Origin: Elusimicrobiales bacterium
GTDB lineage: Bacteria; Elusimicrobiota; Elusimicrobia; Elusimicrobiales; UBA9959
Length of the DNA stretch: 64,000 nt
Direction of reading: 5' to 3'
Assembly: GCA_023701245.1 (NCBI GenBank)
Contig: JAMPXK010000005.1
Span: forward strand, 385-64,384
This document shows, piece after piece, positions 55,156 through 64,000 of this stretch (positions within the stretch are counted from its first letter, which is position 1; every line of letters begins with the position of its first letter). The position numbers were made by a program, and so were the translations under genes. The notes under the pieces are model-generated. The model did no database searches, was not told the origin of the DNA, and was given only the letters and a program-made list of their open reading frames with translations.

Positions 55156-58100
55156 TCAGTCTCCGCCGCCTTTGCCGTCCCTGCGGGCGGCCAGGCGGTT
55201 CTTTTCCTCTTCCAGTTCGCGGAACTTGGCGGCCAGGCCGGCCTCCAGTTCCGCGCGCAATTTGTCCAGCGAAGCCCGGCTGCGTTCCAGCTCCGCGTAG
55301 TAATTCTTCTCCAGCTCGTCCTTGCGCGCGGAGAATTCCTCTTCGCGGCGCAGGCGGTCGGCCCGGTTCTTGGCCAGTTCCTCGTCGAATTTCTGGTTGA
55401 GCAGGTTTTCCTTCTTCTCGAAGTCGGCCCTGAGGGCCTGGCGTTCGGCGTTGAGGAGTTCCAGCTTGCGGGCTTCCCAGACCGTGCGTTCGGCCTGGAA
55501 CTGCGCCTGCAGCTTGTCGGCCAGTTCCGCGTACTTGCGGTCCAGGTCCTTGTCGCGGCGGGCCATGGCGTTCTCCAGCTCCTGCCGGCGCTTCTCCAGG
55601 GACTTGTCTGCGGCGGCTATGGCGGCCTTTTCCCGGGCCATGAATTCGGCTTCCAGGCGGGCCTGCCGGTCGGAGACCGAGGCGGAAAGCGCCTGCTCGC
55701 GGCCCTTTATCCGGGTCTCCAGGGCGGCCTTGCGCCCCTCGTACTCCAGTTCCAGTTTCTCGGCCTCGTCCTGGAGGCGCTGCTTGAGCGCCGTTTCGGC
55801 GGCCTTGAATTTCTCGTCGAACTTGGTCTGCAGGTCCAGTTCTTTTTCGCGCAGGCCGGAGAGGCGCTGGTCGTACTCGCGGTCCAGCACTTCGCGGTGG
55901 GCGTTGAGGGCCTTGTACATCTCCTCTTTGGCCGCGGCCAGTTTCCCGAAAAGTTCGTGTTCCTTGGCCTGGGTCTCGCGGTGGAGTTTCAGCTTGGTCT
56001 CGTTGTGGTGCTGCTCCAGGGTGCTGCGGTGGCGGTCCAGGTCGGCCTCGCGCTCCTGCAGGCGGAGGTCCTTTTCGCGGGCGGCGGCCTCGGCCTTGTT
56101 CTTCTCCTGCGCCAGGCGTTCCTCGGCCGCGATCTCGGCGGCGCGCAGTTTTTCCGCGTGGGCGGTCTCGCGGGCGTGCATCTCTTCCACCAGGCGCAGG
56201 CGTTCGCGCTCGGCCTCGGCGGCGCGGTCGGAATGCTCCGCGGCCAGGGCGGCGCGTTCGGCGGCCAGGCGTTCCTCGTAGATCTTCTCGGCCTGCAGCA
56301 GGCGCTCTTTCTGCGCCGCCTTCAGGTCTTCTTCGCGCTTCAGGAATTTCTTCTCTATCTCCCTGGCGGCGGCGTCGGCGTCGGCCCTGAACCCGGCTAC
56401 CTTGCCTTCAAGTTCGCGCTGGGCCGCGGCGGCCTGTTCGCGCAGGCGGGTCTTTTCCAGTTCCAGGTCCTTTTTGAGTTCGGCGGCCTTGGCGGAGACG
56501 TCCGCCCTGGCGGCGGCTTCCACCTCGGATTCCTTCTGCGCGAATTTCAGCTTCAGTTCGTCCTCGAAGTGGGAGAACTTCTTGTGCAGCAGGGCGCGGT
56601 GGTGTTCGAATTCCTTTTTGAGGTTTTCCTTCTCCTCGTGGAGGGCGGCCTCTTTTTCCAGGCGCCATTCGTCCTCGCGGGCCAGCCATTCCGCCTTGAG
56701 CTTGCGCTGGACCGAGCCTATGCGCGTTTCCAGCGCCTTTTCCTTCATGGTGTAGGCTTCTTCCAGGCCGGCCCGGAGGCTTTCCAGGCGCTCGGTATGG
56801 CTGGCTTCCAGCGCCTTGCGGGCCTCTTCGGCCGCGGCCTGCTGGTTGAGGGTCCACCGGTTCTGTTCCTGCAGCATGGAGGCGCGGAGGTCTTCCTCCC
56901 GGGCGCGCGCCTCGGTTTCCACCTTCTCGCGGAAAGCTTTGAATTCGGCCTCTTTGGCGGCCAGCAGCGCTTCTTCGCGGCGCTTGAATTCGGCCTCCAT
57001 GCGGGCGGCGGCTTTCAGGGCGGCGTCGTCGGCCTGGGCCCGGCTCTCTATGGCGGCCTTTTCCCACTGGCGGCGGGACTCTTCCATGGCCTTCTCGTAG
57101 CGGGCGCGGGTCTCTTCCTCCCGCTTTTTGACCAGCTCCACCAGCTGGGCTTCCATCTCGAGGCGCAGGTCCACGTATTCCTGCTCGCGCTTCTGCACGT
57201 AGACCTTCATGCGCTCGCGCAGGGTTTCCAGTTCCTTTTCGGCGGCGGTCTTGTGGGCCGCCAGTTCGGCGCGGCGGTCCTCTTCCGCACGGAGGATCCT
57301 GGCGTCGAATTCTTTCTGCAGTTCGGCCCGGAGGGCGTCGGCGGAGGCCTTGACCTCCTCCATGCGGGCGGCGGCCGCGGCTTCGGCCTGGGCCTGGCGG
57401 GCGGCGTGCGCCTCTTCCAGTTCCCGGCGGCGCAGTTCCAGGGCTTCGGCGGCGGCGGCCTTGGCGGCCTCCACCTTCTCAAAACGTTCGTCTTCCAGCT
57501 GCTGGCGGAACTTGTCCAGCTGGGCCTCTTTCTGCTCCTGCAGCTTGGCCAGTTCGGCCACCTTCACTTCGTAGCGCTCGCGCAGGGCCAGCTCCTCCTG
57601 CTCGGCGCGCAGGCGGGAGGTGGAGATCAGTTCGTGCTCCAGGCGCTCGTACTTTTCGCGCAGGGCGGTCTCGCGGGCGGCCAGGTTGTCCTGGTGCTTG
57701 GTGAGGAGGGTGGTGAGTTCCGCTTCCTTTACCTCGGAAGCCTTCTTCAGTTCGTCTATCAGGGAGAGCTTGAGGCGGCCTATCTCGTTCTCGCGGGCGG
57801 CCAGTTCGTTCTTGAGGGCCACCACTTCTTTTTCCAGCTGGGAGCGGGAGGCGCGCCAGTTGGCGGCTTCTTCGTTGAGGATCTGTTCGCGCAGCTTGGC
57901 CTTGAGGTCCGCCTCCATGGCGGTCTGGGTCTTCCAGTTCTCTTCCCAGGTCTTGATGGTGCCCTGCCACTTCTTGAGGATCTCGGTCTTCTGCTCCACC
58001 TGCTCGGTCAGGGAGCGGTTGATGCTGGTCTTGGTGCGGTTATCTTCGCGCAGGCGGCCGGTCTCTTCCTGCAGGCCGTGGATCTTTTCCACGGCCCAGC

Positions 58101-58167
58101 GAAGGGCCAGGCGGGCGGTTTCCACGTCCGTGATCGTGGAAGGGTCTAGTTTAGGGTCCTGCTCCAT
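55156..58167 (-). CDS. giant coiled-coil protein (1003 aa)
   Basis: Same composition as the gene above. GGAGG RBS. Its stop lies 2 nt before the next gene's ATG. Confidence 0.8.
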   Translation of the reverse strand: MEQDPKLDPSTITDVETARLALRWAVEKIHGLQEETGRLREDNRTKTSINRSLTEQVEQKTEILKKWQGTIKTWEENWKTQTAMEADLKAKLREQILNEEAANWRASRSQLEKEVVALKNELAARENEIGRLKLSLIDELKKASEVKEAELTTLLTKHQDNLAARETALREKYERLEHELISTSRLRAEQEELALRERYEVKVAELAKLQEQKEAQLDKFRQQLEDERFEKVEAAKAAAAEALELRRRELEEAHAARQAQAEAAAAARMEEVKASADALRAELQKEFDARILRAEEDRRAELAAHKTAAEKELETLRERMKVYVQKREQEYVDLRLEMEAQLVELVKKREEETRARYEKAMEESRRQWEKAAIESRAQADDAALKAAARMEAEFKRREEALLAAKEAEFKAFREKVETEARAREEDLRASMLQEQNRWTLNQQAAAEEARKALEASHTERLESLRAGLEEAYTMKEKALETRIGSVQRKLKAEWLAREDEWRLEKEAALHEEKENLKKEFEHHRALLHKKFSHFEDELKLKFAQKESEVEAAARADVSAKAAELKKDLELEKTRLREQAAAAQRELEGKVAGFRADADAAAREIEKKFLKREEDLKAAQKERLLQAEKIYEERLAAERAALAAEHSDRAAEAERERLRLVEEMHARETAHAEKLRAAEIAAEERLAQEKNKAEAAAREKDLRLQEREADLDRHRSTLEQHHNETKLKLHRETQAKEHELFGKLAAAKEEMYKALNAHREVLDREYDQRLSGLREKELDLQTKFDEKFKAAETALKQRLQDEAEKLELEYEGRKAALETRIKGREQALSASVSDRQARLEAEFMAREKAAIAAADKSLEKRRQELENAMARRDKDLDRKYAELADKLQAQFQAERTVWEARKLELLNAERQALRADFEKKENLLNQKFDEELAKNRADRLRREEEFSARKDELEKNYYAELERSRASLDKLRAELEAGLAAKFRELEEEKNRLAARRDGKGGGD

Positions 58168-58249
58168 TATAAGGCCTCCGGCGAAAGTCCCGAAAAACGA
58201 AAAAGATAAGGATTAGATGATCCTTTCCGAATACGCGCTGATATCATGG

Positions 58250-58257
58250 AAATTATA
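58250..58257 (-). promoter_or_regulatory. extended -10 TGTATAAT for the coiled-coil operon
   Basis: Read on the minus strand, ~80 nt upstream of ATG 58167. Confidence 0.45.
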
Positions 58258-58382
58258 CAAAAGGCTTGTTTACAAAATATTAAATTCTTATTGCCGGGGT
58301 GCGGCGCCGCTGGCGGGATACAAATAAGTGCGGCCGCCCTGCCTGGGCGGCCTTGCCGAAACGTGGAAAGTCCCCTGTGGGG

Positions 58383-58577
58383 TTATTTCGCGGGGCGGAC
58401 AGCTTTGCCGCTCTTTATGCAGACGGTGCAGACGTAAACGGACTGCGTCTTGCCGTTCAGCGCGACTTTCTGTTTCTGGAGGTTAGGCTTGAAGGTACGT
58501 TTGGTAGCCCTGTTGGAATGGCTGTAGGAGTTACCGGAAACGGGCTTCTTGCCGCAGAGTTCGCATTTGTAAGACAT
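58383..58577 (-). CDS. rpmB: 50S ribosomal protein L28 (zinc-ribbon type)
   Basis: [34 protein letters not shown] is collinear with L28, with CxxC...CxxC. Confidence 0.9.
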   Translation of the reverse strand: MSYKCELCGKKPVSGNSYSHSNRATKRTFKPNLQKQKVALNGKTQSVYVCTVCIKSGKAVRPAK

Positions 58578-58656
58578 GGTATTATTATACCAAATCGAGC
58601 CGTCCCGAGAAAGTTTGTAGAATATCCGTGGGCCGCGCTGGCCCGCTTGCGGGGGG

Positions 58657-59082
58657 ATGAACCATATGAAATCGCATACCGCCTACCTGACCCTGACCAC
58701 GCCCGAACGCTGCGCCATAGTGAACATCACCGGCCGCGTGGAAGCGGAACTGGCCCGCAGCGGCATAAAAGAGGGCCTCTGCCTGGTGAATTCCATGCAT
58801 ATCACCTCCAGCGTTTTCATAAACGACGACGAAAAGGGGCTGCACCGGGATTTTCTGAAGTGGACGGAGCGGCTGGCGCCCTACGCGCCCGAAAGCTACG
58901 ACCACAACCTGACCGGCGAGGACAACGGCGACGCCCACCTTAAACGCACCCTCATGGGCCGGGAGGTGGTGGTGGCCGTGACCAGGGGGGCGCTGGATTT
59001 CGGGCCGTGGGAGCGGATCTTCTACGGCGAGTTCGACGGGCGGCGCGCCAAGCGCCTGCTGATCAAGATAATAGGCGAGTGA
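58657..59082 (+). CDS. YjbQ/UPF0047 family protein (secondary thiamine-phosphate synthase-like)
   Basis: [15 protein letters not shown]...NGDAHLK...[13 protein letters not shown]. Confidence 0.85.
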   Translation: MNHMKSHTAYLTLTTPERCAIVNITGRVEAELARSGIKEGLCLVNSMHITSSVFINDDEKGLHRDFLKWTERLAPYAPESYDHNLTGEDNGDAHLKRTLMGREVVVAVTRGALDFGPWERIFYGEFDGRRAKRLLIKIIGE

Positions 59083-59084
59083 AG

Positions 59085-60275
59085 ATGAAGAAGAACCTGT
59101 TTTTTGCCGCGCTTTTTTTAGCCTGGGGCTGCGCCGGAGGCGCGCGCCGGGGCGATGTCGCGGCCGGGCCTGAAAGCATCCCTTACGCGGGACCGGCGGA
59201 GCCGCCGGCGCCCGAGCCAGCCCCGGTGGAGGCGCTGGCCGCGCCCGCCCCGGAGCACGCGCCCGACGCCAGCTTTCCCGGCAGCTGGAAGTACCGGGAG
59301 AACCTGCGGGTGGCCGAACGCAGCGGCGCGGCCCTGGCGGACTACCAGGTGCTGGTCAAACTGGATACGGCGGCCCCCGTCCGCCTGGGGCGCCTGAAGC
59401 CGGACTGCTCCGACCTGCGGTTCGCCAATTCCAACGAGGTTTCCCTGCTTAACTACTGGCTGGAAAGCGGCTGCAACACGGCCGAGACGCGGGTTTGGGT
59501 GCGCCTGCCCTTCCTGGCCAAAAATTCGGTAAAGAATATTTACGCCTACTACGGCAACAGGGCCGCCCGGTCGGAGTCCAGCGGGGAGAACACCTTCGTC
59601 TTTTTCGACGATTTCGAAGGGCAGGGGCCAGACGCGCGCAAATGGCGCTTTCTGCGCGGCGACTGCCCGGTGGCCCAGTCAGGGGGGCGCCTGAAGTTCA
59701 CCGGCTGCGGAAGCGGCACCTACACGCAGAAAGCCGCCCTGGCCAGCGTGCCTGATTTCCGGCCACCCTACGTGCTGGAGTTCGACGGCTGGTCTTCCGA
59801 TTCCGGCGAGAACGGGATGTACCGGGAAATAGACCTGCGCTGGGACGGGGAGCTGGTTGGCCCCTACCGCCAGGCCAACAGCGCCGTCGGGGTCCTGCTC
59901 TACGACGGCTATTCCATAGCGCCCGGCTGCCTCACGGACGAGTGCATAGCGGGGCAGGCTACCATCAACCCCTGGCAGAACGGGACCATAGACCTGAGCA
60001 CCCGCTCCCCGGGGCGCCCGCTTACCTCCGGGGTCTGGCGCCGCTACCGGGTAACCGACGACGGCGAGCTGGTGACCGTCTATGCCGGGGACAAAGCGCT
60101 GCTGTCGGCCAGGGTGGCCGGGCCTTTGGGCCAGAAACTGGGGCTGTCGGCCAGGGAATACCCCAGCGGCGGCGAGGTTCACTACGACAATTTCAGGGTC
60201 AGGCGGTTCGCGCCGGCGGAGCCCGAGGTTTACCCGTACGAAAAGGGCAACGCCAGGGGCCGCGCGGCGCGCTGA
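59085..60275 (+). CDS. DUF2341-type lipoprotein (ConA-like lectin/glucanase fold)
   Basis: Lipobox FLAWGC. DYQVLVKLD...DLRF......L.YWLES.......VWVRLP......IYAYYGN. Confidence 0.7.
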   Translation: MKKNLFFAALFLAWGCAGGARRGDVAAGPESIPYAGPAEPPAPEPAPVEALAAPAPEHAPDASFPGSWKYRENLRVAERSGAALADYQVLVKLDTAAPVRLGRLKPDCSDLRFANSNEVSLLNYWLESGCNTAETRVWVRLPFLAKNSVKNIYAYYGNRAARSESSGENTFVFFDDFEGQGPDARKWRFLRGDCPVAQSGGRLKFTGCGSGTYTQKAALASVPDFRPPYVLEFDGWSSDSGENGMYREIDLRWDGELVGPYRQANSAVGVLLYDGYSIAPGCLTDECIAGQATINPWQNGTIDLSTRSPGRPLTSGVWRRYRVTDDGELVTVYAGDKALLSARVAGPLGQKLGLSAREYPSGGEVHYDNFRVRRFAPAEPEVYPYEKGNARGRAAR

Positions 60276-60291
60276 AGAAAAACGAGGAACT

Positions 60292-60684
60292 ATGAAACGG
60301 AGAATTTACTACTACGATACCGACACCAGCGGCGCGGTCTACCACGCCAATTACCTGAAGTATTTCGAAGAGGCGCGTTCCGAATTCCTGGAGGCGCGCG
60401 GCCTGACCGTGAAAGGCCTGCTGGAGCGGGGCGTGGGCTTTGCCATCCGCCGGCAGGAGGTGGAATACAAGTTCCCCTCGCTGTACGGGGACACGCTCGA
60501 CATCGAGGTGAAGGTGAAAGAGCATACCCCCTACCGGATAGTTTTCGCCTACCTGGTGCACAACCAGGACGGCCGGCTGATAGCCAGGGCCGAAACGGAC
60601 CTGGTCTGCGTGGGCCGGGACCTGAAACTGATAGAGCTACCCGACGAGGTAAAGGCGCGCCTGGCCGCGGAGAAGCAAGCCTGA
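60292..60684 (+). CDS. YbgC/4HBT-family acyl-CoA thioesterase
   Basis: YYYDTDTSGAVYHANYLKYFEEAR hotdog-fold N-terminus. Confidence 0.85.
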   Translation: MKRRIYYYDTDTSGAVYHANYLKYFEEARSEFLEARGLTVKGLLERGVGFAIRRQEVEYKFPSLYGDTLDIEVKVKEHTPYRIVFAYLVHNQDGRLIARAETDLVCVGRDLKLIELPDEVKARLAAEKQA

Positions 60685-61619
60685 TGATACCCCCGGAAAA
60701 GAAGCTGCCCTGCACCGTAGTGGTGCTCACCCATAACCGCAAGGCGCTGCTGCGCGAGAACCTGGCTTCCGTGCGGGCGCTGGCCCCCGGCCCGTCGGAA
60801 CTTATCGTGGTGGACAACAACTCCTCCGACGGCACGGGGGAAATGGTGACCGCGGAATTCCCCGAGGCAAGAATTATCCGGGTGGATCATGATTCCGGGG
60901 TGGAAGGTTTCAACATCGGCATCCGGGCGGCCCGCGAGGAGATCGTGGGCGTACTCGACGACGATACCGTGGTGCCGCCGGACTGGCTGGGCGGCCTCTT
61001 CGGCAAACTGACGGCGGAGCCGGCCGAGACCTTCGTGGTGTACCCCATGGTGGTGGAGCCGGGCATGCCCCCGGAGCTGCTGGCCAGCGAAGCCATGACC
61101 CGCGAGCGCTACGTGGACCTGTTCGAAGGGTCCAGCTTCATGACGCGCCGCAAAGCGTTCGAGGCGCTGGGGATGTTCCCCCGGGAATTCTTTATCTATG
61201 GCAACGAGCGCGACGTGTCCGCCAAGGCGGCCAACGCCGGGCTGCTGATAAGATACTGCCCCTCCGTCAAAAGCTTCCACAAGAAGCCTTACGGGGTGCG
61301 CCTGGGCAGCAGGAACCTGTACCTGACGGTCAGGAACTATATGTGGCTGCTGCTCAAGTATTATTCCGCGGCCGACATCCTGCGCACTCTAGGCTATATC
61401 GCGCGCAGCGCCTTCGTAAAGAAGGACGACCACGCCGGGCTGGGGATGGATACGCGCGCGAGCGAAGGGTTCAGGCGGGTTTTTAAACTGGAGAACGCCC
61501 TGTACGCGTTCTGCGGCGCGGCCGCGGCCGTGCTGCGGGCGGATTACTGGCTGCGCAACCGGCAGGTGGTGCGGAAAAAGGGCTTTACCCTGCTTTACGA
61601 CACCTGGCGGCTGAAGTAG
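60684..61619 (+). CDS. glycosyltransferase family 2
   Basis: VVVLTHNR....L.....LIVVDNNSSDGT...DDD. Confidence 0.85.
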   Translation: MIPPEKKLPCTVVVLTHNRKALLRENLASVRALAPGPSELIVVDNNSSDGTGEMVTAEFPEARIIRVDHDSGVEGFNIGIRAAREEIVGVLDDDTVVPPDWLGGLFGKLTAEPAETFVVYPMVVEPGMPPELLASEAMTRERYVDLFEGSSFMTRRKAFEALGMFPREFFIYGNERDVSAKAANAGLLIRYCPSVKSFHKKPYGVRLGSRNLYLTVRNYMWLLLKYYSAADILRTLGYIARSAFVKKDDHAGLGMDTRASEGFRRVFKLENALYAFCGAAAAVLRADYWLRNRQVVRKKGFTLLYDTWRLK

Positions 61620-61647
61620 CGTTCTCCCCGGCGGTCCTCGCCGGGGT

Positions 61648-62895
61648 TCATCTCTTAGCGAATTCCCGGAATTTCAGCAGGGCCGCCGCGCAGAACAGCA
61701 GCACGTACGGCATGACCGGCACGTGGTAGCGCGGGGCCGGGTCGAAAGCTATGTGGCCCGTGAAGTAGAACAGCGTGAGCAGCAGGGCCAGCTGGCGCCG
61801 CCAGTCCCGGCGGCAGAGGTAGATGCCGGCGAGGCCGCAGAACACCAGCGCCGCCTGCAGGCCCAGCAGGCCCAGCCTGAAGACCACCGGGCCGTAATTC
61901 CCCGCCGCGCGGTATTCCGATAAAGACTTATCCACGCCGAAAATGGCCGAGTGGCTGGTTATCCAGAAACCGGGCAGCCGCTTTATGACGATCTGCAGGT
62001 AGCTGCCGAAGTTGGCGCGGATGAGGTCCTTGGCTTCTTTGGAAAGCCTGGCGTCCAGCACCATGCGCGGATGGGGCACGCCCCTTACGAATTTTTCCGG
62101 CTCCGAAAATTTCTGCATCTCCACGTAGACCAGGTCCACGCCTTCCTGGAAGGTGCCGCCGGCCGCCATGTGCGCCGTCCAGCGCCAGGTCAGGGAGCCG
62201 CCGGTGTTCACCAGCAGGGGGGAGCCGTAATGGTGGTAGTTGCGCCAGGTCCACGGGCCTACCGCCGCCGCGAAGCAGGCCGCCAGCAGCAGCCAGCGCG
62301 GCAAGGTGCGCTTCCAGGCGGGCAGGTCCCAGGCCAGCGCGGCGGCCAGCATCAGCCAGGGGAACAGCAGCGTGGTGGGCCGGCAGAGCGTGGCCGCGCC
62401 CAGGAGCAGGCCGCAGGCCGCGTAGAGCGCGGCTTTGCCGGTGGCCAGCGCCCTGGCCAGGAGCAGGAAGACGGCGGCCAGCAGGAAGGTGAAGAAAGTC
62501 TCCGTCAGGAGCAGGCCGGTGTAGCCGATGAGCGGCGGGTAGAAGGCGCAAAGCCAGCCGCCCAGGCGGGCGGCGGGTTCGTCCAGGAACTCGCGGCCCA
62601 GCAGGTAGACCAGCGCGCAGGTGGCCGCGCTCAGCAGCGCCTGCAGCAGGAACACCGCGGTGTAGACCTGGCCGAACAGGCCGAAGACGGCGGCGAGCAG
62701 GAAAGGGAAAAGCGGCGGGCGGGTGACGGCCGGGATGCCGGGCACGAGCGAGTAGCCGTTGCCGGCGAGCAGGTTGAGGGCCAGTTTTTCGTAGTCCAGG
62801 GCGTCGCCGCCTACCGGCAGATGCGGAAAAAAGAGGACGTAGAGCAGGCGCAGCGCGAGCGCGCCGAGGAACAGCTTCAGAGCAGTTTTTCCCAT
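61648..62895 (-). CDS. GT39/ArnT-like membrane glycosyltransferase
   Basis: Multi-TM protein. The N-terminal DALDYEKLALNLLAGNGY motif is typical of PMT_2/ArnT-like proteins. Confidence 0.7.
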   Translation of the reverse strand: MGKTALKLFLGALALRLLYVLFFPHLPVGGDALDYEKLALNLLAGNGYSLVPGIPAVTRPPLFPFLLAAVFGLFGQVYTAVFLLQALLSAATCALVYLLGREFLDEPAARLGGWLCAFYPPLIGYTGLLLTETFFTFLLAAVFLLLARALATGKAALYAACGLLLGAATLCRPTTLLFPWLMLAAALAWDLPAWKRTLPRWLLLAACFAAAVGPWTWRNYHHYGSPLLVNTGGSLTWRWTAHMAAGGTFQEGVDLVYVEMQKFSEPEKFVRGVPHPRMVLDARLSKEAKDLIRANFGSYLQIVIKRLPGFWITSHSAIFGVDKSLSEYRAAGNYGPVVFRLGLLGLQAALVFCGLAGIYLCRRDWRRQLALLLTLFYFTGHIAFDPAPRYHVPVMPYVLLFCAAALLKFREFAKR

Positions 62896-64000
62896 AATCT
62901 CCTGGTTTTGACTATCAGCATGGATTCGAGCGGGAAGCTGAAGAACCGGTGCTTCCAGCGCAGGGCGGAGATCTTTTTGAGCGCCCAGAGCAGCGGGCGC
63001 AGCAGCGGCTTGGTGGCGGACCCGGTCCAGCCGGGCACGTCGAGCATGAAGAGGAAGTAGGCGGCGAAAGAGATGGCCCGCAGCTCTTCCGGGCGGTCCC
63101 AGAACGGCAGGGTCTGCTCTTCGCGCAGTTTGGCCCAGCTCACCAGGTCTTCGGGCGGGCGGTAGCCCAGCTTAAGGGCTTCGTCCAGCAGGCGGGTACC
63201 CGGGTACGGGTTGAAAAGGCCCACAAAATGGGCCGAGGCCGGGTTCAGGCGGCGGACCTCGTCGATGGCGTCCAGGGTCAGGGCCAGGTCGGCCGCGGTC
63301 TCATGGGGGAAACCTATCATCCAGTTGTATTTCACCGGCAGACCGTACTTGCCGGTGACGCGCGCGCTTTGCGCGATATCCGGGACTTTGATGTCCTTGT
63401 CTATGTAATCGGCGGTCTTCTGGGAGCCGGTCTCCGGGCCCACGCAGAGGTTGATGCAGTTGGAGCGGCTCCAGAGCTCTGCGTTGGCGTCGCTTATGCG
63501 GGGCCCCACGCGGAAGCCGTTGTCCAGGTTCCACTTCAGGCCGCTCTCGCGGAAGAACGTCAGCAGTTCGGGATTGGTGAAAAGCGTTTCGCAGAAATCG
63601 TCGTGGAAGGAGAACTGCTGTATGCCGTAGGCGGCGCTCAGGTCCCTGAGCTCCCGGATGACGCGCGGCGCGCTCCAGCCGCGCCAGCTTCGGCGGTTGG
63701 CCTTCAGGTTCCAGCAGAAAGCGCAGCGGAACGGGCAGCCGCGGCTGGTGATCATGGGCAGCACCCTGACGCCGTTGACCTCGTGCACGTATTCGCGCAG
63801 CGGGATCTCTTCCCAGGCGTAGCCTATTTCGGCGTCCCAGTTCTTCTCCAGCTCGGCGGGCGGCGTGAAATGCTGTTGGCCGTCCAGCTTGTAGCCTATG
63901 CCTTTCACGCCGGAGAGCGGGCGGCCTTCCTTGAGCGCGGCGGTAAGCTCCGCCGCCGCCGCCTCGCCTTCGCCCGTCACCACTATGTCCACCAGCGGGT
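62877..64000 (-). CDS. B12-binding-domain radical SAM protein (5' end outside window)
   Basis: ITSRGCPFRCAFC radical SAM cluster motif preceded by a B12-binding-like region. The reading frame stays open to the window edge. Confidence 0.8.
   Translation of the reverse strand, partial: PLVDIVVTGEGEAAAAELTAALKEGRPLSGVKGIGYKLDGQQHFTPPAELEKNWDAEIGYAWEEIPLREYVHEVNGVRVLPMITSRGCPFRCAFCWNLKANRRSWRGWSAPRVIRELRDLSAAYGIQQFSFHDDFCETLFTNPELLTFFRESGLKWNLDNGFRVGPRISDANAELWSRSNCINLCVGPETGSQKTADYIDKDIKVPDIAQSARVTGKYGLPVKYNWMIGFPHETAADLALTLDAIDEVRRLNPASAHFVGLFNPYPGTRLLDEALKLGYRPPEDLVSWAKLREEQTLPFWDRPEELRAISFAAYFLFMLDVPGWTGSATKPLLRPLLWALKKISALRWKHRFFSFPLESMLIVKTRRLWEKLL

Overview
High-GC (about 65% by eye) bacterial chromosomal segment, densely coded on both strands. 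I found no rRNA, tRNA, CRISPR array, transposase or phage structural genes. The phylum cannot be assigned from this window. About 70 protein genes are supportable. Housekeeping and stress genes: recA, lexA, ssb, xerD-like, clpC, two hsp20, htrA-like, rpmB, rsmH-like, tag, mutT-like, cls-like. Metabolism: a putrescine/homospermidine polyamine cluster, an alanine aminotransferase and a 3-hydroxyacyl-CoA dehydrogenase. Envelope: GT2, GT39-like, radical SAM, lipoproteins. There are also many hypothetical proteins. The first ~7.5 kb is a compositionally patchy accessory island: an AT-rich membrane-anchored ORF, a DUF2075-type ATPase, KilA-N, YhcG/DUF1016 and ORF6N genes, a Bro-N-like pseudogene and many perfect palindromes. 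Main second-look items: (1) A fixed-geometry module, CCCGACA-N6-TGTCGGG + 6 nt + extended -10, occurs 5 times. It heads recA, ssb and the three antirepressor/nuclease-type island genes, so it is a candidate uncharacterised SOS-like operator. (2) Cassettes are inserted at the 3' ends of the DUF2075 gene and of lexA, each leaving a duplicated gene end. (3) A ~135-145 nt structured intergenic repeat is present twice, with compensatory changes in its closing stem. (4) Two adjacent ~1000-aa pure coiled-coil proteins form their own operon. (5) Several genes have a -10 box 6-8 nt from the ATG, suggesting leaderless mRNAs. All family calls come from reading motifs by eye; no database search was run.
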